64,000 nt of DNA from Herbaspirillum sp. meg3 (GCF_002257565.1 NZ_CP022736.1:2100284-2164283); one strand, 5' to 3'; shown: positions 40,689-50,441, counted from the stretch's first letter. Notes: a model not told the origin generated them from the letters alone. Made by a program: numbers and translations.

Positions 40689-41447
40689 TTAAGCCAATCG
40701 CACCGGATAGCAAATTGCTCTCAACCTCACCGCCAAATGTGGGTGTTGGTTTGCCTTAAGCCTCCAAGCGCGTTGACGGATCCTCGCGGTTGCCGCAGCA
40801 CTTGGACTACCGCCTCGGCGTCCTGCCAACCAAAGCTTCTCCCGAATAAACGCATCGTTATCAGACCAGTGCCGCCCATCGGCATGGATTGGATATCGCG
40901 CCTGGTCATGCAGCCAACCGAAGGCATACTCAGGACCATGAATAACGACTTCGTGGATCGTATGCATCCAGGCTGCTGGCGCTACCTGCAACGCGCCGTC
41001 GAGATCCTCTCGGTATGTCACCAGCACGGATTCGCAACCGGCAAAACACAGCTCAAACCTCTGACGCGATAAGAAGCAGTACGACACGAGCTCGGCATCA
41101 AGTAGGCGAGCCAATGCTGGATAACTCATTTCCAGCGGGGCTGCCTGTATCACTGCCCAACCTGATAGCCGGCGGGCCATGCCCAACTCCGTCAGCAGGC
41201 CTTTGTGCCATGCCAACTGCTCCAAGTCGCAGCGAATCGGCAGGCAGCTCTTTGACGGAGCCTGTTTGGGTATCCGCTTCGGATTGCCGAATTGGTAGCG
41301 CAGCGGTGAACGGAAGAACAGCGCCACATCTTCAAATTCGAATGCAATAGCGCCGAACAGGGGTAGCTTTGGTACCGGCCCCGGTTCAAGCCAGGGCTCA
41401 AACACGGAAATGGCTGTTACCCGCTTTCCAAGAAAAGGATTGATCAT
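40689..41447 (-). CDS. hypothetical protein
   Basis: ~252 aa from internal Met (MINPFLGK…); GC-rich, no recognised domain. Confidence 0.45.
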   Translation of the reverse strand: MINPFLGKRVTAISVFEPWLEPGPVPKLPLFGAIAFEFEDVALFFRSPLRYQFGNPKRIPKQAPSKSCLPIRCDLEQLAWHKGLLTELGMARRLSGWAVIQAAPLEMSYPALARLLDAELVSYCFLSRQRFELCFAGCESVLVTYREDLDGALQVAPAAWMHTIHEVVIHGPEYAFGWLHDQARYPIHADGRHWSDNDAFIREKLWLAGRRGGSPSAAATARIRQRAWRLKANQHPHLAVRLRAICYPVRLA

Positions 41448-41503
41448 TTGTGCGTCCTTTCTGGACGGCACCGCACGGAAGCTCTCCCGTACGGCACCGG
41501 ATC

Positions 41504-42013
41504 TTATTTAGCGGCGGTTGGCTTCGCCATTGGATGCACGCCGATGTACCAGGCCGGCCCGATGTTCTTGAAATCGTTGCGCACATGAAGATCGGTGCTG
41601 ATCCATGACGCCGGATCAATGATGTATTCCTTCACCGCCTTCATATTGCTGCTGTCGCGAATGAAGACTGCATGCCGGCCCAGTTCGGATTCCTCGTTGT
41701 AGTCGACGATAACAATCGCCACTGCCGGGATATCTACGATGCCTTTGGTGATCTGCTTGTAGACGGAACCAACCAAGCTGAACTTGGCCAGCAGCGTAGC
41801 TATTTCCTCTTCGACAAGTGGCCAAAAGGGACCGTGGCGGGGATGCTTCAAATCGCTGATAGCGATGCTCATGACCTCTTCAAGCGACTTCCCGGCGATC
41901 ATTGCAACGCAAGCGAAGATGCAGTCATGCGTTCCGGTCTGCTGGACTCGATTGAAGACCGGCTGGATGTCCTGCGCAGTGTTGGCGGTTGTAGTGGAGT
42001 TTGCTGCTGCCAT
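41504..42013 (-). CDS. peptidase C39-like domain protein (stand-alone)
   Basis: …QQTGTHDCIFACVAMIAGKSLEEV… resembles the Cys-box (…CGxACLAMI…) of C39 bacteriocin-processing peptidases. Confidence 0.45.
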   Translation of the reverse strand: MAAANSTTTANTAQDIQPVFNRVQQTGTHDCIFACVAMIAGKSLEEVMSIAISDLKHPRHGPFWPLVEEEIATLLAKFSLVGSVYKQITKGIVDIPAVAIVIVDYNEESELGRHAVFIRDSSNMKAVKEYIIDPASWISTDLHVRNDFKNIGPAWYIGVHPMAKPTAAK

Positions 42014-42415
42014 ATCGGCTCCTTAAAGATTGCGGATAAAAGGTGCGCAGCAGTACCCCTGACGAGGAATCGTCGGAATAACAGAACTAGAGAAGGAAAA
42101 TCACGGAATCAATGGGAAACCGGGAAATCCGGCTGATTGACTCAATGGGGCGCTGCTGCGCATTGAATCAAGCTGCGAGTGCTAAGCGATTGGCGAAGTT
42201 TCGACAGCTTGAAACTACAGTTTACCGGGCATCGACCAACGGATCGAGGAGCAAATAACTTTGTCCCCAGCGAGTAAAGGGTGTGCGCGAACAGCTGAAA
42301 TAAGAGGAAAGAATAGTTGGGGTCGTACGGAGGGAGGAAAGCGGAGGGCACTCTTATCAACGCAAATGCGAAGGAGTGTTGGTGCTTGATGTGGGGAGGG
42401 AAGTTGCTGCCACAA

Positions 42416-42475
42416 GCTATCAAACGGTTGTTCGCCAATCGGAACTACGTTTGATAGTTGCTTTGATAGTTTGCT
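42416..42475. repeat. TTTGATAG repeats (one inverted + two tandem direct; candidate integrase arm-type sites, tRNA-proximal end)
   Basis: gctatcaaacg …(22 nt)… acgtttgatagttgctttgatagtttgc; compare 11176-11198. Confidence 0.5.
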
Positions 42476-42538
42476 TAAGTTATTATTTGAAAATTTATTA
42501 AAATTTTCTTCTGAATCAACAACTTAGAGCATTCATCT

Positions 42539-42632
42539 TGGCGGAGACGGAGGGATTCGAACCCTCGATACAGGTTTAAGCCCATATGCTTCCTTAGCAG
42601 GGAAGTGCCTTCGACCACTCGGCCACGTCTCC
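42539..42632 (-). tRNA. tRNA-Ser (anticodon GCU)
   Basis: 94-nt cloverleaf on minus strand: 7-bp acceptor GGAGACG/CGTCTCC, anticodon loop CTGCTAA, long variable arm, T-arm GGTTCGAATCC, encoded CCA; close to E. coli tRNA-Ser(GCU). Confidence 0.9.
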
Positions 42633-42794
42633 ACGCTGTAGGCTGATACTGCTCGCCTCAGCAAAGAAGTCCCGAATAATATCTTTTCATCCGGATTTGG
42701 TCAATGAAACTCTGCAATTTTGGATGGATTATTTTTCATCCCGCAGAATTTCAAGGACCGGTTGCTTGTTACTTATTTAGTGCTCACTTGCTGC

Positions 42795-44048
42795 TTATTT
42801 GCCATTTTCCAGATCAAAGGCCTTGTGCAGCGCGCGGACGGCCAGTTCCATGTATTTTTCGTCGATCAGAACCGAGATCTTGATTTCGGACGTGGAAATC
42901 ATCTGGATGTTGACGCCCTCTTCGGACAGCGTGCGGAACATCTGCGAGGCGATGCCGACGTGGCTGCGCATGCCGACACCGACCACGGAGACCTTCGACA
43001 CCTTGGTGTCGCCGACGATGCTGGCGGCACCGATGTGGGCCTTGACGCTGGCGTTCAGGACTTCGACGGCTTTGGCGTATTCGGCACGCGGCACGGTGAA
43101 GGTGAAGTCGGTTTTGCCTTCGACGGACTGATTCTGGATGATCATGTCCACTTCGATGTTGGCGTCGGCGATCGGGCCGAGGATCTGGTAGGCGATGCCT
43201 GGGCGATCTGGCACGCCGAGTACGGTGATCTTGGCCTCATCGCGGCTGAATGCGATGCCGGTAATGGTTGCTTGTTCCATCTTGGTGTCTTCCTCAAACG
43301 AAATCAGTGTGCCGGACTTGGTCTCTTCTTCCAGCGACATTAGTGGGTCGGTCAGCGACGACAATACGCGCGTCGGCATCTTGTAGTTGCCGGCAAATTC
43401 AACCGAGCGGATCTGCAAGACCTTGGAGCCGAGGGATGCCATTTCCAGCATTTCTTCAAACGTCACGGTATTCAGACGGCGCGCTTCGCTGACGACGCGC
43501 GGGTCGGTGGTGTACACGCCGTCGACGTCGGTGTAAATCAGGCATTCTGCTGCCTTGATTGCAGCAGCGACAGCCACAGCCGATGTATCGGAACCGCCAC
43601 GGCCGAGCGTGGTGATGTTGCCGTCGGCGTCAACACCCTGGAAGCCGGTAATGATGACGATCTTGCCTGCGTTCAGGTCTTTGCGCACCTTGGCGTCGTC
43701 GATCGAGCGAATACGGGCTTTAGTGAAAGCGGAATCGGTCTTGATCGGTACCTGCCAGCCGGCGTAGGAAACGGCTTCTTTGCCGATCGCTTGCAGCGCC
43801 ATTGCCAACAGGGCAACAGAAACCTGCTCGCCGGTGGAGGCCAGCATGTCCAGTTCGCGGGAATCGGGCTGGGCCATAATTTCCTTGGCCAGACCCAGCA
43901 AGCGGTTGGTTTCACCAGACATCGCGGAAGGAACAACAACGATCTGGTGGCCTGCGTCGTGCCACTTGGCAACGCGCTTGGCGACGTTCTTGATGCGCTC
44001 TGTCGAGCCCATCGAAGTGCCGCCGTATTTGTGAACGTATAAAGCCAT
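42795..44048 (-). CDS. lysC: aspartate kinase
   Basis: 417 aa; MALYVHKYGGTSMGS… kinase N-terminus and ACT domains. Confidence 0.95.
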   Translation of the reverse strand: MALYVHKYGGTSMGSTERIKNVAKRVAKWHDAGHQIVVVPSAMSGETNRLLGLAKEIMAQPDSRELDMLASTGEQVSVALLAMALQAIGKEAVSYAGWQVPIKTDSAFTKARIRSIDDAKVRKDLNAGKIVIITGFQGVDADGNITTLGRGGSDTSAVAVAAAIKAAECLIYTDVDGVYTTDPRVVSEARRLNTVTFEEMLEMASLGSKVLQIRSVEFAGNYKMPTRVLSSLTDPLMSLEEETKSGTLISFEEDTKMEQATITGIAFSRDEAKITVLGVPDRPGIAYQILGPIADANIEVDMIIQNQSVEGKTDFTFTVPRAEYAKAVEVLNASVKAHIGAASIVGDTKVSKVSVVGVGMRSHVGIASQMFRTLSEEGVNIQMISTSEIKISVLIDEKYMELAVRALHKAFDLENGK

Positions 44049-44416
44049 AGGAAAGGTAGGTCTGAATTGCGTGACTGAGTACTGCTATTGGCGCTGCTAT
44101 TTGTTGCCGGAATTGCCAAAATCTGAACAAAAGGCCGGAGGAAACAAACCCTCGACTTTACAGGCAGACACCCAAAATAACAAGCAAAAGGCACTAAAAA
44201 TGGGCGTTTTGGAGCGATTCCGGGGCAGTTTTACAGAATTTGATGCAGAAGGGAAATGCGCAGGAGGAGGTTGGACACGCCATCCACCATGGTGCTGCCG
44301 TGTGGCAGTCCGACCAAGGTAGACGGTGGTTGCGGGCGGAGCCGCAATATTACTTGCTGCTTACAACGAGAAACGCACAGTGCTGCGCGGTTCTGTCTGG
44401 CGCTGCAGGATACTGA

Positions 44417-44689
44417 TTAAGCGCCAGCGTAGACGCTGCTGTCGATCGCCGACTTCGATTGGCTGACGACTTCCGAACGTGTCAGCGGGCTGCGGGCCTG
44501 GATGACGATTGGGTAGTTGTTGCCGTTGGTGATCAGGCCTTGTGCTTGCGCTTGTTGCAGTTCTGCAGTCACTTCAGCGCGAGTCTTGGTCGACACAAAC
44601 TTGGTTTCTGGTGGAAATGGCGATTCGGCCATGGCGGCGCCGGCAGCGGCAAACAGGACGATAGCGGCAGTGATTTGCTTGGTGTTCAT
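44417..44689 (-). CDS. DUF4148-like small periplasmic protein
   Basis: Signal peptide MNTKQITAAIVLFAAAGAAMA; typical Burkholderiales small secreted protein. Confidence 0.55.
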   Translation of the reverse strand: MNTKQITAAIVLFAAAGAAMAESPFPPETKFVSTKTRAEVTAELQQAQAQGLITNGNNYPIVIQARSPLTRSEVVSQSKSAIDSSVYAGA

Positions 44690-44861
44690 GGTAGTTCTCC
44701 CTAAAAACAATAAATGAAAGTTGCACGTCGAAGAGCAGGCGTTTTGGCTTGTGGCTGCATGTCTGTCATCGATGGAGCAAGTGTATCTATTGCTTAGGCC
44801 GAGAAAAATGGGTTTAATGGCAATGCACTATTTCGATTAAAGAAACAATCAGGGGCTTGAA

Positions 44862-45770
44862 ATGGATCGCTTGCACTCAATGAAGGTGTTTGCCAAGGTG
44901 GTGGAGCAGGGGAGTTTTGTCCGGGCGGCGGAGATCATGTCACTCTCTAATGCCGTGGTGACGCGTTATATCGTCGATCTGGAAAATCATCTCGGCACGC
45001 GTTTGCTGAATCGTTCGACACGGCGCTTGTCGCTGACTGAGTCAGGGCAGGCCTTTCTGGAGCGTGTCCGGCACATTCTGCCGGAAATCGAAGAAGCCGA
45101 AGCGATCGTGGCGATGGAGACCAAAAAGCCGGCAGGGACGTTGTCTTTGTATTCGCATGTGGGTTTCGGGCAGGGGCAATTGGGCAAACTGTTGCCGGAG
45201 TATTCGCAGGCCTATCCTGATGTAGTGCTCGACATCACGCTGTCTGAGCGGGCGATGGATCTGGTTGAGGAAGGTCTGGATATTGGTTTTTTCAGTAGCT
45301 TGCAAAAGTTTGACGCCAGCATGGTGGTGCGCAAGATCGGTGTGGCAGAGGTGGTGTTGTGTGCGTCGCCGTCCTATATCGCAGAGCATGGTGCGCCGGA
45401 AACGCCTGACGATCTGACTCGCCATGCCTGCCTCAATTTTTCGCATGAACACTTGCGCCATTACTGGCACGTCAAGACCGAAGAGGGAATACGCGACATC
45501 CCGATCACCAGCAAGCTGGTGTCCAACAGCGCCACTCTCTTGCGCGATTTTGCGCTGGCCGGCATGGGTATCACGATGCGACCTTCTTTCAGCCTCGGCG
45601 ACGATTTGCGTTGCGGCAAATTGCAGCGGGTGCTGGGGGATTATCAGATGGGACAGGTTGCTGTGATGATGGCGTATCCGAGCCGACGTTTGTTGTCGGC
45701 CAAGGTGCGCAGTTTTGTGGATTTCATCATGGACAAATTTCCACAGCCGGAGTCGGATCCCTGGCTTTAA
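44862..45770 (+). CDS. LysR-family transcriptional regulator
   Basis: N-terminal LysR HTH (…MSLSNAVVTRYIVDLENHLGTRLLNRSTRRLSLTESG…) + substrate-binding domain. Confidence 0.85.
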   Translation: MDRLHSMKVFAKVVEQGSFVRAAEIMSLSNAVVTRYIVDLENHLGTRLLNRSTRRLSLTESGQAFLERVRHILPEIEEAEAIVAMETKKPAGTLSLYSHVGFGQGQLGKLLPEYSQAYPDVVLDITLSERAMDLVEEGLDIGFFSSLQKFDASMVVRKIGVAEVVLCASPSYIAEHGAPETPDDLTRHACLNFSHEHLRHYWHVKTEEGIRDIPITSKLVSNSATLLRDFALAGMGITMRPSFSLGDDLRCGKLQRVLGDYQMGQVAVMMAYPSRRLLSAKVRSFVDFIMDKFPQPESDPWL

Positions 45771-45791
45771 GACGGACCATGCTGACTTGAT

Positions 45792-46223
45792 TCAGTCGGC
45801 GTCGGAAAGAGCGCTGAGGCGTTTTTGCAGATCGCATTCCTGCCAGCTTTGACGCTCGTCGTTGCTCTGCGCGTCGCGTTCCAGCTCGTCCTTGCTTTTC
45901 GCCGTCAAGGCCTGCAGCAGGCGCTCAGATTGGCGGGTATCGGGTTCCATTGTGCCGAAGAAGCTGACCGTCGATCCTTGTTGCATCAGCAGGGTCGGGA
46001 AGTTGTCGATGTCGAGATCGCCGACGAGATCGGCCTGGTCTTCGATATCGATCCAGACGAAATGATGTTCAGGACGGCGTTCAGCCCAGGCGGAAAAATT
46101 GACGGCGTATTCGCGGCAGCTACCGCACCAGCCTGCGCACAGGCAGGCGACGACCCACTTGCCGCTGCGCAGGGCGGCGGCGAGTTCTTCTCGGTTGCTG
46201 TTGGAAAAAATCTGATAGGACAT
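45792..46223 (-). CDS. thioredoxin-family protein
   Basis: Start at ATG 46221-46223 with Shine-Dalgarno; …CAGWCGSCREY… CxxC redox motif. Confidence 0.65.
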   Translation of the reverse strand: MSYQIFSNSNREELAAALRSGKWVVACLCAGWCGSCREYAVNFSAWAERRPEHHFVWIDIEDQADLVGDLDIDNFPTLLMQQGSTVSFFGTMEPDTRQSERLLQALTAKSKDELERDAQSNDERQSWQECDLQKRLSALSDAD

Positions 46224-46353
46224 AAGGCGGCCTATTCTACTCCGGATGCAAAAAAACGGCGCAAAGGAGGGGCGTACAGCAATCCCGGCCGGAAAAGTGC
46301 TTTTCTCCCAAGCTCTGAAGGTCGTGGCTGCCCCGTCGCGGTAAAATAGCGGG

Positions 46354-47070
46354 ATGTCTATCATTCTTGCCCTTGAAACCTCCACCGAACTCGCCTCGGC
46401 TGCTCTATTGAACGGCGATGAGCTGATTGCCCGCGAATCGCTGGGTGTACAAACGCATTCCGAAACCATTCTGCCGATGATCCAGCAATTGCTGGCGCAG
46501 GCCGGCATAGTGCTGTCGCGCTGCGATGCCATCGCTTTTGGCGTCGGTCCGGGTTCTTTCACCGGCGTGCGTACGGCTTGCGGTGTGGTGCAGGGATTGG
46601 CGTTCGGCAGCGATTTGCCGGTAATTCCGGTCGTCACGCTGGAGGCAATGGCACAGGCTTGTCTTGAGTCTGCACAGTCGACCGATGTACTGTCGATTCT
46701 CGATGCGCGCATGGGCGAGGTGTATTGGGCGCAATATCGCCATCACGCCGACGGTTGGCAGATCGTGGTCGAGCCGACTTTGTCGGCCGCGGCAAATGTG
46801 CAGGCGCAGGGTGTGGTGCAGGCTTGCGGTAACGGCCTGACGGCGTATGCACAGGATTTTTCTGCGCAGGCATTCGCAGCGAGCGGACTGGCGCAGATGA
46901 TGCCGCATGCATCGCAGGTCGCGACGCTCGGCGCCAAGGCTTTCCTGCAGGGACGGACGATTCCCCTGCAAGATGCGCAGCCGCTGTACTTGCGTAACAA
47001 GGTTGCCTTGACGACGGCTGAGCGGCAGGTACGTGATTCGGAAAAGAACCTGGCAAAAGGTGCGGCGTGA
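46354..47070 (+). CDS. tsaB: tRNA threonylcarbamoyladenosine biosynthesis protein TsaB
   Basis: MSIILALETSTELASAALL…; YeaZ/TsaB family; followed by rimI as in many proteobacteria. Confidence 0.85.
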   Translation: MSIILALETSTELASAALLNGDELIARESLGVQTHSETILPMIQQLLAQAGIVLSRCDAIAFGVGPGSFTGVRTACGVVQGLAFGSDLPVIPVVTLEAMAQACLESAQSTDVLSILDARMGEVYWAQYRHHADGWQIVVEPTLSAAANVQAQGVVQACGNGLTAYAQDFSAQAFAASGLAQMMPHASQVATLGAKAFLQGRTIPLQDAQPLYLRNKVALTTAERQVRDSEKNLAKGAA

Positions 47071-47555
47071 ACGACGCCTTGCTGCAAACGCTGGAGAGCA
47101 AGTTCGGTAAGCTGGAGTTCATGGCCATGCAGGTGGTGGACATGGATGAAGTGGTGCAGATCGAGGAAAAGATTTACGGGCATCCCTGGACGCGTGGCAA
47201 TTTTCTTGATTCGCTGTTCAGTGGCTACCAGACGCTGACCATGCGCGATCCCTCGGGGCGGCTGCTCGGCTATTTTCTCGTGATGGAGGCTGTGGATGAA
47301 GCGCACCTGCTCAATATCAGCGTGGCAGAAGATGTGCAGGGAGAGGGTTTCGGGCATTTGCTGCTGGATTGCGCCGTCGATCTGGCGCGCAAGCACAAGA
47401 TGACGATCATGCTGCTGGAAGTGCGGGTGTCGAACCTGCGCGCGCTGCATGTTTATAAACGCTATGGTTTCGTTGAAATCGGCCGCCGCAAGAATTACTA
47501 TCCGGTCGATCAACATACGCGCGAAGACGCGATCGTGATGAGTTTACCGCTATGA
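47067..47555 (+). CDS. rimI: ribosomal-protein-alanine N-acetyltransferase (GNAT)
   Basis: GNAT motifs (…RKNYYP…); 4-bp overlap with tsaB. Confidence 0.75.
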   Translation: MNDALLQTLESKFGKLEFMAMQVVDMDEVVQIEEKIYGHPWTRGNFLDSLFSGYQTLTMRDPSGRLLGYFLVMEAVDEAHLLNISVAEDVQGEGFGHLLLDCAVDLARKHKMTIMLLEVRVSNLRALHVYKRYGFVEIGRRKNYYPVDQHTREDAIVMSLPL

Positions 47556-48562
47556 GTCAGCACACATTGGCCGCTTCGGCCCGGGTATTGGAAGAAATCG
47601 GTGTCGGGCCTATCTGGGTCCGACGGCATTTGCCTGCCGGCACTGCCGATGTGGCAGCAACTGATGAGGTGGAATCGGTTCAACTGATGCAGGCCGAAGC
47701 CGTAGTGACGACGACGGCAGCACCTGCAAGTGCGCCTGCCTCTGCGCCGGCATCACAGCCGGAGCGGGTCATTGTCTCCAAGCGGGATGCGATCCTGGCT
47801 GCTGCCGCCGCGATACAGCAGCGTCCGTCTGCCCCTGCCCAGCCTGCTGCACCGTCGTCAGATGACGGCTTGCCGCCTTGGCTGAGTGAGATGGATGGCG
47901 CGGACATGGTCTCCAGCGGCTTCATGCCGTACGACGACGAGGAAGATGATGAGCCGGTTGTCCGGGTCAATCCCGCCATCGCCACGATGGATTGGAGCAA
48001 GCTCAAAGAGACCGTTGCCGACTGCCAGCAATGCGGCCTGTGCAAAGGGCGCAAGAAAACGGTTTTCGGCGTCGGCGACGAAAAAGCCAAATGGCTCTTC
48101 ATCGGCGAAGGTCCGGGACGCAATGAGGATATGCAGGGTGAGCCTTTCGTCGGTCCGGCCGGCAAGCTGCTCGATAACATGCTGGTGGCCATGGGGCTCA
48201 AGCGGGGTGAAAACGCCTACATCGCCAATATCGTCAAATGCCGTCCCACCGACGAGAACGGCAAGGACAGGCCTCCTTCACCCGACGAAGTGGCCTCGTG
48301 CATTCCGTACCTGCAGCGCCAGATCGATCTGATACAGCCTACCGTGCTGGTCGCTTTGGGCAAGACGGCAGCCTTGTCGCTGCTGGGGCTGGATCCGGCG
48401 ACGCCGGTATCGAAGTTGCGTGGCACGGTTCATCGCTATCGGGACTTGCCGTTGGTTGTCACCTATCACCCGGCTTACCTGTTGCGGCAGCTTGGCGACA
48501 AGAGCAAGGCCTGGGCCGATCTCTGTCTTGCCATGACCACTTATGCCGACACGACAAACTGA
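47552..48562 (+). CDS. uracil-DNA glycosylase, family 4, with Ala/Pro-rich N-terminal extension
   Basis: …CQQCGLCKGRKKTVFGVGDEKAKWLFIGEGPGRNEDMQGEPFVGPAGKLLDNML… family-4 UDG motifs. Confidence 0.85.
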   Translation: MSQHTLAASARVLEEIGVGPIWVRRHLPAGTADVAATDEVESVQLMQAEAVVTTTAAPASAPASAPASQPERVIVSKRDAILAAAAAIQQRPSAPAQPAAPSSDDGLPPWLSEMDGADMVSSGFMPYDDEEDDEPVVRVNPAIATMDWSKLKETVADCQQCGLCKGRKKTVFGVGDEKAKWLFIGEGPGRNEDMQGEPFVGPAGKLLDNMLVAMGLKRGENAYIANIVKCRPTDENGKDRPPSPDEVASCIPYLQRQIDLIQPTVLVALGKTAALSLLGLDPATPVSKLRGTVHRYRDLPLVVTYHPAYLLRQLGDKSKAWADLCLAMTTYADTTN

Positions 48563-49589
48563 GCAAACCGAGCAGCCACCAGAATCAGGCAACCGGACCG
48601 CATTGCCGGGCCCGACGTATCAATCGTATCAGTCGCAATTTCATGAACGCTGGAGCAGTTTGCGCGATCCGCATGTTCGCGCACTGGCCTGGTTGCTGGA
48701 AGCGCCTGATTTGCTGGATGTTCACGCTCAACGCTGGAACGGTCGCATCGCGACGCTGGGAAGACTCAGCGAAATGGACGTCACCTGGCTGCATGCCCTT
48801 GATCGCAATCCGCGCGCGTTATATGTACTTATCAACGCGCAGCCTTCAGCGCGGCTTGGGCGTTACGCCGAAAAGCTGCTGACCTTTTATTTGCAGGAGA
48901 CGGGACGGCTGATTGCGCATAACGTGCAAGTCCGCAATGGCCCGAACGACACCATCGGCGAGTTCGATTTTATCGTGCATGATGAGCAGCGCACCGGCGC
49001 TGTGCATTGGGAGTTTGCGACCAAGTTTTATCTGCTGGAGTCACATCAGGCCGAGATGCAGGCCGAAGCTTTTGTCGGGCCGAATCTCGCTGACTCGCTG
49101 GGCGCCAAGATGGATAAGATCATGCAGCAGCAACTGAAGCTGGCCGAGCATCCTGCGGCGGCTCAATATCTGCAGCAGCCGGTGACGCATGCACAGGCAC
49201 TGGTCAAGGGATGGTTGTTTTATCGCGATGAAGCCGCCGCGGCAACGCCGTTACCTGCAGGGTTGGGCGTCGCACGCGAGCATTGCCACGGATTCTGGTG
49301 TGAGTTGTCGGCATTGGATTTGACGCTGGCCGAACATTATCTGGTGCTGCCGCGGCTTGAATGGCTGGCACCGGCGCGTGCGCTAGTTGCCAACGCACTG
49401 TCTGCGGATCAATTGCATGAAGCGGTCTCCCTGTGTTTTGCCGAAACGCTGGCGCCTGTGATGATCGCGGTCTGCGATAGAGATGGAAATGGCGAGGTGG
49501 TGCTGGAGCGTCAGCGCGGCTTTATCGTACCGGACGACTGGCAAGAGAAGGCCGCGCAGCGTGTGCAGCATGCCGTCGTCAAATACTGA
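48543..49589 (+). CDS. DUF1853-like protein
   Basis: 348 aa conserved hypothetical (…HWEFATKFYLLES…); 20-bp overlap with udg. Confidence 0.5.
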   Translation: MPTRQTEQTEQPPESGNRTALPGPTYQSYQSQFHERWSSLRDPHVRALAWLLEAPDLLDVHAQRWNGRIATLGRLSEMDVTWLHALDRNPRALYVLINAQPSARLGRYAEKLLTFYLQETGRLIAHNVQVRNGPNDTIGEFDFIVHDEQRTGAVHWEFATKFYLLESHQAEMQAEAFVGPNLADSLGAKMDKIMQQQLKLAEHPAAAQYLQQPVTHAQALVKGWLFYRDEAAAATPLPAGLGVAREHCHGFWCELSALDLTLAEHYLVLPRLEWLAPARALVANALSADQLHEAVSLCFAETLAPVMIAVCDRDGNGEVVLERQRGFIVPDDWQEKAAQRVQHAVVKY

Positions 49590-49605
49590 GAGAGCGGTCG
49601 TGAAA

Positions 49606-49638
49606 TAAAAAAGCGCGTTTGAAGACGCGCTTTTTTTA
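49606..49638. terminator. bidirectional rho-independent terminator between convergent genes
   Basis: aaaaaAGCGCGTttgaagACGCGCTttttttt. Confidence 0.75.
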
Positions 49639-49667
49639 CTTCTGACGAAACAAGCTGAGCTATTCGC

Positions 49668-50441
49668 TCATTGCAAATCGGGACGCAGCGATTGCAAGGT
49701 CGCCGCCGGAACCGGCCCTTGCAGCGAGCAGGCAATGCGTGTGCCGGGGTAGGCCACCTGATCGGACTTGTCGATGATCAGGACGCGCTCCGCAGTGTCT
49801 GTCGGCATGCCATGAAAACTGGCCGGATTCGACATTCTGCGCCAGGCGTTGCCATCCCAACGGTCAAGCCGGACGTAGGCGCCATCCTTGTCGGCGCGAA
49901 GACGTTTGAGTTCCGGCAGGCGCAGCGACAGGATGCGATAGGTGTCTCGTGGTGACAGCGGGGTAAAGAATCCCCACCAATAGTTCGGGCTGCTCGCGGT
50001 TCCCAATGTCATCACTTCATCGAAGTAGCCGGTGATCGGCAGATTGAGCATGGTCAGGCTGTTTCTGGCCGAGGCGAAGTGCTTGTCGGGAGAGCCCCGA
50101 TCAGGAACCAGAATATTGCCGATGTCACCCTTGGTGGCGATTGGCCAGTATGCCGCGAGTTCGTCCTTGTACTGAGCGGCGACTTTGAACATCGTGCTAT
50201 CGCAGCTTGCAAAGGCTCTCAGCAGCTCATCGGGAGCGAATTTTTGTCTTGCGACGGGATCCGTCACTGCCTGTTCTTTTTTGTCGTTGGCGCGATCAAC
50301 AATGCGCTGTGCCTTTTGTTCCTGCCGCTCCAGCTTCAACTGTCGTTTGGCGGCGCGTTCTTCCGGCGAGGCGCAGGCGCCCAGCAAGGCAAGAAGTGAA
50401 ATGGAAAGCAGGAGTCGTTGTGAAATACGTGGCAGGGGCAT
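49668..50441 (-). CDS. lipoprotein, hypothetical
   Basis: Start MPLPRISQRLLLSISLLALLGACAS (lipobox LGAC). Confidence 0.55.
   Translation of the reverse strand: MPLPRISQRLLLSISLLALLGACASPEERAAKRQLKLERQEQKAQRIVDRANDKKEQAVTDPVARQKFAPDELLRAFASCDSTMFKVAAQYKDELAAYWPIATKGDIGNILVPDRGSPDKHFASARNSLTMLNLPITGYFDEVMTLGTASSPNYWWGFFTPLSPRDTYRILSLRLPELKRLRADKDGAYVRLDRWDGNAWRRMSNPASFHGMPTDTAERVLIIDKSDQVAYPGTRIACSLQGPVPAATLQSLRPDLQ

Larger units (their letters stand above)
11045..42555. mobile_element. tRNA-Ser(GCU)-associated integrative genomic island (~31.5 kb), possibly composite
   Basis: Bounded by tRNA gene and tRNA 3'-end repeats; two tyrosine recombinases and an AlpA-like gene; visibly AT-richer cargo than flanks. 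Confidence 0.7.

Noticed and set aside
45825-46349. 174-aa ORF antisense to the thioredoxin-like gene and N-terminal 160-aa extension of that gene (to 46712)
   Set aside because: The extension is low-complexity and lacks an RBS. The internal ATG at 46223 has a good Shine-Dalgarno and yields a standard ~144-aa thioredoxin-fold protein.
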